Assembly: GCF_006345805.1 (NCBI RefSeq)
Contig: NC_043010.1
Span: forward strand, 26,226,001-26,290,000
Direction: 5' to 3'
Length of the DNA stretch: 64,000 nucleotides
DNA from: Octopus sinensis
Lineage: Eukaryota
Below, one piece after another: positions 1-11,994 of this stretch. Position numbers and translations under genes: made by a program. The notes below the pieces were generated by a model. It saw nothing but the letters and a program-made list of their open reading frames with translations. It did not search any database and had not been told where the DNA came from. How positions within the stretch are numbered: position 1 is the first letter of the stretch; each line of letters begins with the position of its first letter.

Positions 1-46
1 GAACCATGTGGTTCGTAAGCAAGCTACTTACCACACAGCCACTCCA

Positions 47-91
<45 letters not shown>

Positions 92-199
92 CGCTGGGCT
101 TCTTTCAGTTTCCGTCTACCAAATCCACTCACAAAGCAGTGGGACTGAACCTGGAACCATGTGGTTGGGAAGCAAGCTTCTTACCACACAGCCACTCCT

Positions 200-430
200 A
201 TATTGAAGGAAAGAAAATGGAGAAAAAGTGAATGTATGAATAATTTATTTGTATGATATGAAAATGTCGAAAAGTTGTAAAGCTCAAAAAAAAAATTTTG
301 AGGTTTACAACTTATAATTAATATATTTGTATTGTTATGTTTTTTAAAAAAGGCTTTTCAACATTTTTATATCATGCAAATAAATTTTTCATGCATCCAC
401 TTTTTCTCCATTTTCTTTTTCCTTCAATAT
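200..430. mobile_element. Foldback MITE-like element with about 75-bp imperfect terminal inverted repeats
   Basis: 200-274 (ATATTGAAGGAAAGAAAATGGAGAAAAAGTG...GAAAAG) is the near reverse complement of 354-430 (CTTTTCA...CACTTTTTCTCCATTTTCTTTTTCCTTCAATAT); TA at both ends. Confidence 0.6.
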
Positions 431-571
431 TAATAATATGTATTACTCCAATAATCCCTAACATACAGCAGTGCATTTCGCATAATACGATAGTGATTAA
501 CCAATGGAATCTTTTGGATTATATAATCCCTAATGTGGATCTAGCTTCCTCCAAATGACTGTATAATTATA

Positions 572-605
<34 letters not shown>

Positions 606-614
606 AAATAAATG

Positions 615-737
615 CACACTTTTAAAGCCTAGCCAGGCTCATATGCCCAGTTTCCCCAGTGTCTATGGCATATTTGTTCCCCAGCTGGACGGGACTGCAG
701 CGTTACTCATTTTTCCCGGCTGAGTGAACTGGAGCAA
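615..737 (-). mobile_element. SINE fragment (family with GCTGAGTGAACTGGAGCAA core; related copies at about 18030-18255 and 61420-61645)
   Basis: Same sequence blocks recur at three loci; longer copies end in a reverse-complemented tRNA-like head. Confidence 0.6.
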
Positions 738-739
738 TG

Positions 740-950
740 ATATATATATAAATAAATACAAAAATGGAACAAAAACGCAATAGAAGGCATTAAAATGCTC
801 GGACAGACAGACGACACAAAGGTGAACAAGAGAAACAACAATTTGAAAGACAGGCAAAAAAGACGGGTCATTCTTAGCCTTCTTTCCTCAGACAAGTACC
901 AGAAGTCATGACCATTTCGGACAGTTGCACTGAGATGGTTCGATCTGGTC
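740..950 (-). mobile_element. Penelope-like element (PLE) terminal remnant; related piece at about 47985-48110 (+)
   Basis: Shared CTGA(G/A)GA...GAATGACCCG motif in both remnants, flanked by (TA)n; family assignment is inference. Confidence 0.35.
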
Positions 951-1184
951 ATATATATATATATATATATACACACGTATTATCATCATCACTGTTTTAC
1001 CAGGCACATTTCCATGCTTGTACAGGTCAGACAAAATTTGCTGAGGCAAATTTTCTACACCTGAATACCCAGCCTGTTGTTAACGTTCACCTGTCTCCCA
1101 GTAAGAGAGATATTTCCTCCAATCTATCAAACAACAAACAACCGAGACATAGCTACAAGGTAAAGTGGAAACAAGACCGCTGCA

Positions 1185-1435
1185 TGTTGTTGTATCCCAG
1201 GAGGGTCATCATGCTAATAATAAACACTTGCACTGATTCTATTTCACTTGTTTATTATTTATTAGTCACTTGGTTAACATCTGCTTCAGGTCCTCCCTCA
1301 AGAGACAGATCTTAAGCAGTCTCAGAGATTAGTTAATTGGTTAAATGGTTAAATAACTAATAAATAATAATGAAATGAAACAGAAACAATTTATGTTTAT
1401 TATGGGCATGATTACCCTCCTGGGATACAACAATA
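1185..1435. mobile_element. Foldback/MITE-like element
   Basis: 30-bp inverted repeat (28/30 match) at 1185-1214 and 1406-1435, with imperfect pairing continuing inward to about 85 bp per arm. Confidence 0.55.
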
Positions 1436-1575
1436 TATAAACAGATGAAAGTCAGAACTCAATACATTTCATTTTGTTGGGGCTGTAAGTATTTAATGAT
1501 ATTCTCAAATGAATATATCACCATCTTCATCATCATTGTTTTACATCCGCTTTCCATGCTGGCATGGGTTGGACA

Positions 1576-1610
<35 letters not shown>

Positions 1611-1703
1611 TATATATATTTTCTATTCCTGAGCGTTATTCTAATACATCTGTTTGTTTTGTACACCACCTGTCTTCGTCTATTGTTTTTTCGTAAACGC
1701 TCC

Positions 1704-1794
1704 ATGCATGTATGTATGTATGTATGTATGTATGTAGGTATGTAGGTATGTAGGTAGGTAGGTAGGTAGGTAGGTAGGTAGGTAGGTAGGTAGG

Positions 1795-1838
<44 letters not shown>

Positions 1839-1982
1839 GATATAGATATATATGTAGATATATACAGATATATATAGATAGATATGTAGATGGATGGATG
1901 GATGGATGGATGAATGGTTATGGATAGATATGATTAGATATAGATAGATAGATACATACATACATACATACATACATACATA
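1704..1982. repeat. Compound tetranucleotide microsatellite (ATGT/AGGT/AGAT/GGAT/ACAT)
   Basis: Seen directly. Confidence 0.95.
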
Positions 1983-3524
1983 GATGGGCGGACAAATAGA
2001 TGGCTAGATATCATCTTCATCATCATCATCATAATTTAACATCCATCTTCCATGCTGGCATGGGTTAGATGATTTGACAGGAGCTGGTAAGCCAGAGTAT
2101 TTATTGCACTAGGCTTTATTGTCTGCTTTGGCAGAGTCGTTACAGCTGGATGCCCTTCTTAACACCAGTCACTTTAATGAGTGGACTGGGTGCATTTTAC
2201 ATGGCACCAGATGTAGTGAGGTCTAAGATAGATAGATAGATAGATAGACATACAGACAGACAGAGAAATAGGTAAATAGACAGATATAGATAGATAGATA
2301 CATACATACAAATATATATATATATATATATATACACATACATATGTATGTATGTGTATTTTTAAATATACAGATACACACATGCACACACACACACGTA
2401 TCCATTTTCTCTAAATCTAAATGAAAGCTGAATGTTGCTTTTTGTGTTATATTCTGCGCTTCCTCCTCCTCGTCCTCCTTTTACCCATATCATTATCACT
2501 CACCACCACCACCGCCACCAGCTTCACAGCAGTCATGATACTAATCATTGTTCTTATTGCTACAGTCGTAGTTAGTCCTACTTTGTTATATTGCATTGTT
2601 CCAGTAAATACAAGGAATTCCATGTTGAAACGGTGCTTAGCTTTCAACGAGATCAATTTAATTAAGACAACAGAACATGGAACAATATACAGTCATCCGT
2701 ATCCATTGACGACATACTTACGAATGCAGTTGTGTGCGTGTCTCAGGATGTGAGTGTGTGTGTGTGTTTGTGCGTCTATGCACATGTGTGCATGTATGCT
2801 TTTCCATATATATGTGTGTGAATGTGTGGATTCTATGTCCCCTGTGCATATGTGCACATATGTTTGTATGCACATGTTTATGGTGTGCATGTGTTTCTCT
2901 ATATACATGTGTATGAGTATTGTGACATAAGTGTGTGTGAGCATGTGCATGTATGTGATGAGGTTTTTCCATATGTAAGCATGTGCTTGTGAGTGTGTGT
3001 GTGTGCATGTATATGGTACAGTAGTGTGCATATGAAAGCATTGCTCTACATGTGTGTACCTCTGTGCATGTGTATCTCAATGTCCACATAAACATGTATG
3101 ATTGTAAGTGCATGTTCATGGAACATGCATTCCTTCATGTTTATGTATGCATGTATGTGGCTGTGCATACGTGTGTGTGTGTGTGTGTGTGTGCGTGCGT
3201 GTGTGCGTGCGTGTGTGTGTGCTCTTATACTGACATCATTGAAGGTTGAAAACATCATCATCAACATAGAGGTGAAGTGGTCCATTTTCAGTCTCCTGAG
3301 AAAAAGTCTCTGACCTTGGAGAAATATTACCTTGCTTGGGAACAGGTAAAGGTTGGTGACAGGAAGGGCATCCCAGACAGAAATTCTGCCTCAACTAACT
3401 CTGTGGTCCATGGAAAAGTTAACATTAAAGAATAGAGCAAAAAAAAGTATGGAAAAATTAACATCAAAAAGGATGATAATATATATATATATCATCGTCG
3501 TCGTCGTCGTCGTCATCATGCTGG

Positions 3525-3659
3525 CATGGGTTGGATGGATTGACTGAGGACTGGTGAGCCAGAAGGTTGCACCAGGCTCAATCTGATCTGGCAAAGTTCA
3601 GATTGAGCCTGGTGCAGCCTTCTGGCTCACCAGTCCTCAGTCAAACTGTCCAACCCATG
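3525..3659. repeat. 62-bp inverted repeat with 11-nt loop, made of an RTE-tail/SINE segment folded back on itself
   Basis: Arms 3525-3586 and 3598-3659 are reverse complements with 4 mismatches. Confidence 0.9.
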
Positions 3660-3672
3660 TATGTATGTGTAT

Positions 3673-3737
<65 letters not shown>

Positions 3738-4140
3738 AGTGCATGTATGTGAATGCATCATTTAATATATGGAAGATTTAAATATGAGTTACTGTAAGTT
3801 TCATGCCTCTAGTAATACAATAGTTGGACAGACATGTATTGCATACCATGTAATAGAAGCTTGTCAGAGGCATGGAACTTATGAAAGCTAATATTTAAAT
3901 CCTGCAAATACTAAATAAATATTTATCTTTCACACGTGAGTGTGTGTGAGTGTGCGTGTGTGTGTGTATGTGTATGTGTGTGTGTGTAAAAGCTATAGAA
4001 TGTTATTCAGACATTTATCTATGAAGGCATCTGTAAGCTGATAAAATTCATAACCATTGTTTTACCTGAGTTATCTATTTGCTTAATACATATATATATA
4101 TGTATTTCTAATACATATATATATACATATATATATTCTT

Positions 4141-4353
4141 TTATTCTTTTACTTGCTTCAGTCATTTGACTGTGGCCATGCTGGAGCACTGTCTTTAGTC
4201 GAGCAAATCAAACGCAGAGCTTATTCTTTGTAAGCCTAGTACTTATTCTATCAGTCTTTTGCTGAACCACTAAGTTACGGGGACAGAAACACACCAGCAT
4301 TGGTTGTCAAGCAGTGTTGGGGGACAAACACAAACACACATATATATATATAC

Positions 4354-4412
<59 letters not shown>

Positions 4413-4572
4413 CAACAGGCTTCTTTCAGTTTCCATCTACCAAATCCACTCACAAGACTTTTGTCTGCTCGAGGCTACAATAGAAGACATTTGCCCAAGG
4501 TGCTATGCAGTGGGACAGTATCCAGACCCATGTGGTTGGTAGGCAAGCTACTTATCACACAGCCACTCCTGC
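4141..4572 (-). mobile_element. tRNA-derived SINE family A (head GCAGGAGTGGCTGTG), near full length with internal (TA)n
   Basis: Reverse complement of the full-length copy at 20304-20709. Confidence 0.85.
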
Positions 4573-4574
4573 AC

Positions 4575-4652
<78 letters not shown>

Positions 4653-4739
4653 ACACACAAACACACATATGGCAAATGAAAGATGGAAGATGGAATATAC
4701 AAGAATTTATTATTAATCACAACAATTGTTTCAACGCAT

Positions 4740-4890
4740 CTAGCATTGATCCCCCGTGGGTGGGACACTCAACAACTGGTTCAGGAGAATCTGGTGGCAC
4801 AGATGTATGTCATCGGGTGATAAATAGACACAACTTGTTAAAATAAGAGTTCTGCCTTGTAACTTCTCAGTTTTGTAGAATGAAAAGCAG
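4740..4890 (-). CDS. Candidate terminal coding exon of an unknown gene (CFSFYKTEKLQGRTLILTSCVYLSPDDIHLCHQILLNQLLSVPPTGDQC*)
   Basis: Acceptor TTTCCTCCGTTTAG (AG at 4892-4891), 49 open codons, TAG, AATAAA about 30 nt downstream (4711-4706); no recognised homolog. Confidence 0.15.
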
Positions 4891-5942
4891 CTAAACGGAG
4901 GAAATATCTTCATTTAGACAGAAGACCAAAAGTAAAATCACAGATGGGAAAAAGAGAAACAAACATGCAATACATAGATATAAACACACATATATACATG
5001 CATACATATGCAATTGTTACACACACACATACATACATGCACGCACACACATATATATGGATCTTTTCAGACCAAATTTTCAGGGGTTAGCGGTAAAATG
5101 GATGCTACTATCAAGGGATCAAAATTTACAACTAACTACTATTCTGTGATGTTGGTAATAACAGCAATTTATATTGGTAAATGCATGTGATCTAGTTTAT
5201 ATAAGAAATAATGATATGATGCAGTTTGTAGACCATTAATTATACTACAGTATAAATTGCAAAGTAGCTTCAGTAACGAACTTAAGAAATTCGTAACCTA
5301 ATGTTTAAAATAGTTATCTGTATATCATACTTAAAGCATATATACTGCCGAAAGCCTTCTAAACTGTGGGATTTGTCTTGAGAAAGTATCTCTTATAGGC
5401 ATATAGCATTAAAAATAACAGAAATATATCAGCAGTAGATGAAAATGATCCAGCAGTGACTGACATTGCTAAATCCAGGTTTCTGCTTCTTACAGCTTCA
5501 TCAGTAGCAGGCATCTGCTGATATCATATGCAAAGCAAAAACCAGTCACATGTTGATATAGTTAAACAGTGATTGAAAAGTCACTGATGTTGCACTTAGA
5601 CAACCGGTTGAATACAAATATGTTATCAGTCTCAGGACTAGCATTGTTTCAAATTAGCAATGTAAATCAAAAATGGGTGAGAAATTAACTGGCTCTTTTT
5701 TTTTTTTTGTTCTTTTGCTCTCTTACATCTGTCATACTGGAGCAGCTACTACTTTAAGTATTTAATCGAACAAATATAGATATATACAATGGGTTTCTTT
5801 TAGTTTCCATGTACTAAATCCAAGGCTTTGGTTGGTCCGCAGTGGGCTTTGGTTGGCCTGCAGTGGACTTTGGTGCCATGCAGTGGGACTGAACCTGGAA
5901 CCATGTGGTTGGGAAGCAAGTTACTTACCAGACAGCCACACC

Positions 5943-6400
5943 TATCATCATCATCGTTTAATGCCTGCTTACCATGTGGGCATGGGTTGGACAGTTTGAC
6001 TGAGGACTGGTGAGCCAGAAGGCTGCACCAGACTCAATCTGATCTGGCAAAATTTCAACAGCTGGATGTCCTTTCTAACACCAACCACTCCAAGAGTGTA
6101 GTGAGCGCTTTTACATGCAACCGGCACAAGGGTCAGTCATGCGGTTCTGGCAATGACCATGCTCAAAAGGTGTTTTTTACATGCTACCTGCATGGGAGCC
6201 AGTCTGGCAGCACTGGCAACGACCACATTCGAATGTTGTTTTTTACGTGCCACCGGCACATATGCCGGTAAGGCAATGCTGGCAATGATCATGCTTTGAT
6301 GGTGATTTTTACGTGCCACCAGCATGGGAGCCAATCCGTGGCCCTGGTAACAATCACACCCGGATGTACTTTTAATATTCCACTAGCACAAGTGTTAATC
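5943..6400 (-). mobile_element. Family C element (RTE 3'-UTR-derived, (GAT)n tail, internal GTGCCRGTGGCACRTAAAAAGCAC-type repeats)
   Basis: Matches the 3' UTR of the RTE at 41380-41936; further copies at about 7810-8090, 16470-16865, 19570-20130, 38040-38470, 42926-43550, 45560-45940, 57030-57350, 59780-59980. Confidence 0.8.
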
Positions 6401-6402
6401 AG

Positions 6403-6440
<38 letters not shown>

Positions 6441-6554
6441 GGGTCAAGTTAAAGAGATGTAAATACACCAGTAATACTTATCATTTGTTGATTTTTTTGC
6501 AACAGAACCCCAGAGCCAATTCTTTGTGATCTATATTGGCTGATTTTTTTTTAA

Positions 6555-6790
6555 ACCAGAAGCTCAGATCCAATAGTGTGATTCGTCATGGTCTATATTG
6601 GTGCTTTTCATTCTGCTAGGGTATTGACCAAACAAACATTTTAATCTGCTTAACATAATCTTCTCAAGTGATTCCATTTTTCGTCTATTCTTTCTTTAAT
6701 CTTCGGCTTCCTTCGAAGGATTTAATTTTTCTCTCTCATACTTCAGTTTGCTCTCATTATATTTGTCAGTTTCCTTGAGAATAAAGATTA
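6555..6790 (-). mobile_element. Decayed non-LTR retrotransposon ORF fragment, R4/Dong-like
   Basis: Minus-strand translation ...KMESLEKIMLSRLKCLFGQYPSRMKSTNIDHDESHYW resembles the HGQYPxR...D...HxWL post-RT segment of R4/Dong-type LINEs; one in-frame stop. Confidence 0.45.
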
Positions 6791-7197
6791 ATTTTTGTGT
6801 TCTTTAAGTATTTTGTATTAATTTTTCTGACATGTATAATTTTTTCCATAATCCTTCCAGTAGATACCATATAATGATTTTCTAATTGTAAAATTCCTAT
6901 TTTGCTATTTTCCCGTGTTGGAAATCATTATCATGAATAGGATGAATCCATCCAGCTGTCAGTCGATTGCACTGAGAAAACCACCACCTCCTCCCCCTTC
7001 ATCTCCCTTTGGCAAGGAAAGGGCTAATAGTTTTATTCTGTCTGCTGGACATGGTGAAAAGAATTAGGGCAGTATATAAGACTGCAAGGATTGAAGACAA
7101 AGATTATTTAGTACCAGTTGAGTACTGGGGTCAATGTAATCAACTTAACCCCCTCCCAACAAAAAATTTCAGGCCTTGTGCCTATAATGGAAAGGAT

Positions 7198-7212
7198 TAT
7201 TATTATCATCAT

Positions 7213-7244
<32 letters not shown>

Positions 7245-7266
7245 TTATTATTATTGTTGTTATTAC

Positions 7267-7319
<53 letters not shown>
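7198..7319. repeat. (TTA)n then (TAG)n trinucleotide microsatellite (tail of a family B SINE at about 7090-7200)
   Basis: Seen directly. Confidence 0.9.
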
Positions 7320-9127
7320 TTTTAGGTAGGAGGCTCTGAAAAGGATCTCAGGGAGTAGCGTTCCTGCCTTCCTGAGCTAGTTTTCCACCACATTTCTTAA
7401 AAATCGGGTGGAGGCTTTGATCTCTGGACCACTCATGTCTAGAAGCTGAGGTTGGGAGTAAGCAAGAGCATGCTTCCTGTAGAAAATCCATTTCCAAAAA
7501 AGTCACATAATAGCAAAGGAGAATGGGCACCAGCCAGCCCAAAGGTTGGGGTGGGCTGCACCTGCCTACCTCGGTTGCTATGGCATTGAGGTAGATCTGG
7601 CCACCCCTGTTAACGGGGGACAAAACCCAGATTTAAAACACTGGATGATGTTGTTGCTAATCTCTAATTGCAAAGAGAACTTGTGGAAGAGGTAGACCCA
7701 GAAAGAAATGGGATGAGGTGGTGAAATGTAAATCTTCAGATGTGGAGTCCCATGGAGGTGATGACAAGTGACTGGAACTTATGGTTAATTGTTATGTTTG
7801 AGAAAATATGTCAAGCTAAGTGAAGTCATGGTCATGGCCAGTGCTGGTGACACATGAATGGCACCAATGCCAGCAACACCCACAAGGCACCCATGCCAGT
7901 TACATGTAAGGGCATTCATGCCAATGATACATAAAAGACACCCACTATACTCTGTGAAGTGATTGATGTAAGGTAGGACATCCAGCCATAGAAACCAGGC
8001 CAAAAAAAACTGGAGACTGGTGCAGCTCTCTGGTTTACCATTGCCAGTCAAATGATCTAACCCATGCCAGCATGGAAAACGGATATTGAATGATGGTGAT
8101 GATGGTGGTGGTGGAGGAGGATGGTGATGATATTGATGATGATGATGATGAGGAGGAGGAGGAGGAGGAGGAGGAGGATAAAGCTGATGATTATCATTCT
8201 CTCATAAGCTATCTAGAGAAACCTGAAACTGTAATGATAAGAATTGAGCAACAAAGCCAGGCATTCAGTGTCAAGCAGAAGTCACCTCAAGGTCAACAAC
8301 ATACAAAAGTTAAGAACTAAGATAGCAGACTTGTTAAGGGGGGTACCAATTTAGTCCTTCTCCTTTGCCTATCAGCACATTCTGCTCACTTAAAAACTTG
8401 ATAGCACCAAATCTAATACTGCTGTAGCATGTAGCCATTTTAAAATAACACGCCAATTGGTGGTAGCTGGCAATATGATGTAATGTTGTATTGCCGAAGA
8501 AATATTATTGTCGTTTTTTCCATTGGTGAATATAACTGCTCATATAAGGATTCTAAAAGAATATTTGTAATGGATTTCGATTCTTTTAAGTCAAGTTGAA
8601 CAGTTATAAAAACCCTGGATTCTGGGAAAAACTTTAGTGTTTGTTGGATGTAACTAAACTCCACAACACTCACTTCTTCGAGACATTGGTGATTTTCATA
8701 CCATGTCCAAGGAAAATCCAACAAGTCTATTTTGTATTGTTGTAATTACTTTATTAGTTAGATTTATGAATTAGCTAGTGAAATATATAGTCGTACTTCT
8801 ACACAATGAAAATTGTCTTTCCTTTCTAATGTAAATAATATAAAATGTTATATTTATATAATAAAACTAATTAAGAAAATGTTTTCTCTTCACTTGGATC
8901 AGCTACCAACCACTACCACCACCACTGGCATCATAATTATCACCATCACCACCACCAACACCACCGTATGTGTGTGTGTGTGTGCGCGCGATCACAATCA
9001 TAATTGTTTACGTCTGTTTTTCCATGCTGGTATGAACTGGACAGGTTTTCTGAAGCCAGATGCCTTCCTGTCTCCAACCCTTTCGTTGCTGCCTCTTATG
9101 ACATGCAGGGACATGATAAACCTATTC

Positions 9128-9358
9128 CAGTGTTTCTCAACCATTACTAACCCATGGAACTCTTTGCTTACTATTTTACTCTACAGAACCCTCTTAACCA
9201 TTTCACATTTAAAAAAAATGCTATTGTGGTTTTATAATCAAATATTATTAGGAATTGTATAAAAAATTTTAATATTTTGTCTATAGTAGAAATATAAGCA
9301 ACTTATTGCAGATAAATTTTAACAACAAAATCTTGTGGACCCAGGTTAAGAACCAATG
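9128..9358. mobile_element. hAT-type MITE
   Basis: Termini CAGTGTTTCTCAACC ... GGTTAAGAACCAATG; partial flanking duplication (CTATTC on both sides). Confidence 0.65.
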
Positions 9359-9739
9359 ATTCTATTCTAAAGCACACACAGATACACAGACATAAGCACA
9401 TACACACACATATGCAAACACATATAGGTAAACTACATCATAATTATGAATCTCATTTTACATCTGCTTTCATGTGGGCAAGGTCTGAACAGGTCATCAC
9501 AGTCTAAACCAGATTTTATCCAGTGATATTGTACTGCAAGTCTGTTGAATGAAGGTTGACTAGAAGCTAAAATAATGACTAGATAATTAAGCTAATGAAC
9601 AAAAACATATGGCAACACAAAGTAGATTCCAACCAAGAAAATTACAAGCAGGGAGTGGGGAGCTGAATACTAGCCATGACCATCACTACCTACAAGTAAA
9701 CCAAGTCAATCCTTATCTGTAGTATAATAATGTTAGAGA

Positions 9740-10272
9740 AGTAGGTAACTAATCCAAGAGGTAAACTATCCAATCCGAGAGATAGCTGATCAATCAGAGA
9801 AATAACTGACCAATCAAAAAGGTAAGAGATATAGTAAATCAATCTGAGGGGTAGCTAACCAATCAGAGAGATAAATGTAGCTGACCAACATAACAGGTAG
9901 TTTACCAATCATAAAGGTAATTGACTGCTCAGAGAGGTAGCTGACCAATTAAAGAATTAGCTGACCAGAGAGGTAACTGATCAAAGAGAAAGGTAACCTA
10001 ACCAATCAGAGACATTGCTAACCAACAAGAGATTGTTGACCTATCAGAGAGATCAACAGCCCGATCACAGAGGTAACTAACTAATCAAAGATAACTGACC
10101 GATCAGAAGTGACTGACTAATCAGGGTTGAGGGAGGTAGATGATCAATCATGGAAGTAAACTAACCAATCAGAAATGTAGCTGACCAACAAAACAGGTCA
10201 TTTGTCAATCAGAGATAACTGGCCAATCTCAGAGCAATCTACCCAATGAATGAAGTAGGTGACCAATCATAG
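9740..10272 (+). repeat. Degenerate about 20-bp minisatellite, consensus close to AGAGGTAGCTGACCAATCAG, about 26 units
   Basis: Units counted by eye; 10 retain an exact CCAAT. Confidence 0.85.
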
Positions 10273-11994
10273 ATGTATATGTACGTATATATGTGTATGT
10301 GCATATGTACGTATATATGTGTAAGTGCATATGTACGTATATATGTTTATGTGCATATGTATGTATGTGTATATGTGTGTATGTATGTGCATGGTTTCGT
10401 GTGTAAACAGATTTCTTGAATAAAAGTACACAGCAACAATAGCTCCAGTTTTCTTTTGAATTAATTAATCCCTCCATTAAACAGTAATAGGAATTATGAG
10501 ACCAAACAACTCAACATCCTCGTTATTCCTCCTCGTCATCTACATTAGTAGCCACGGTAACAACATCAGCAGGTTTGCCATAAATAAGAGACTAACAAAA
10601 GCTCCCATTATCATAAGAATATTAATCTCACACACACACACACACACACATGCATATTCTTAAACATACACATGCATGCACGCACACTGATATAACCATA
10701 TAATATATCTGCATCATAACTATATATATACACACACATGCATGCACATGCACAAACATACAAAAGTACATATATGCATGCACACACACACATACATACA
10801 CAGAAATACAATGATACAGATCCCACCTGTTCACAAACATACAAACACGCATGTATACACACATTGAAACTCAAGCATAACAGTTCTCCTTGTCAACACC
10901 CAAGCCCATGTGTGCACACACACTCAAATACAACCAAATAACACATATGCACTCACACACACACACGGTGGACCCTCACACCCATTCGATGTTTTAAAAA
11001 ATCATATATTTTCATGATTAATTATCGTTAGGAATTGTATAAAAAGTTGTTAAAATATTTTGTGTATTGTTAGGATTATAACCAATGATAAACACAGGTG
11101 TAGCTGTGTGGCAAGAAGCTTGCTTCCCAACCATATAGTTCCAAGTTCAGCCCTACTGCGTGACACCTTGGGCAAATGTCTTCTACTATAGCCTCGGGCT
11201 AGCCAAAGTCTTGTGGGTGGATTTAGTAAACAGAAGCTTAAAAGAAGTCCATCATGTGCACGTGTTTATTTATATATATGTATGTGAGTGTCTATATGTA
11301 TGTATACACAGTATTCCCTTGCCATATCTCAGTTTATTTTTTTAAGCTTATGTTGATTCCTCTGTGGTGTTGTTTTGCTTTCATAATAAAATATATACAA
11401 ACTATAAAAATAATTTTAAAAAATATACAGTAAGCAGGAGTGGCTGTGTGGTAAGTAGCTTGCTTACCAACCACATGGTTGCAGGTTCAGTCCCACTGCA
11501 TAGCACATTGAGCAAATGCCTTCTACTATAGCCTCAGGCCAACCAAAGCCTTGTGAGTGAATTTGGTAGACAGAAACTGACAGAAGCCCATTGTATATAT
11601 ATATGGACCCTGGTTGGAACCACTGTCTTACACTATCACTAATACAGCCATTAAACACACACACACACACACACATGTACACACATTCTGTTGTACTGCT
11701 CTGAGTTGAAATTCCATCAAGGTCAACCTTTTCTTCTTTTTGCAGATTGTCACAATGTCACATAGAAGAGATACTACTGACCCACCTTGTGGAGCCCATG
11801 CTGGCTTTTTGTATTTTGACTGCAGCAATGACACCAATCTGTAAAGAGCCCATCTTTGCTATGAAGAGAGGAAGCCAGTATTTGGGCAACTGCTGAGCTT
11901 CCATAACAAGAAAAAGACCATGTCCAAACTTGTGCCGTGAAGACGAATTTTCCAGTGATGGAGCCATTTTCTTGGCCTTGACCTGGATCTTTGT

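Noticed and set aside
7332-7451. HDV-like ribozyme at the head of an RTE-associated repeat
   Set aside because: GGCTCTG and GAC-CACTCAT-GTC are suggestive, but L3 and the P1 3' strand are too degenerate and no P2/P4 could be placed
8090-8320. Acidic poly-D/E protein ORF
   Set aside because: (GAT)n/(GAG)n tail of a family C element plus flanking chance codons
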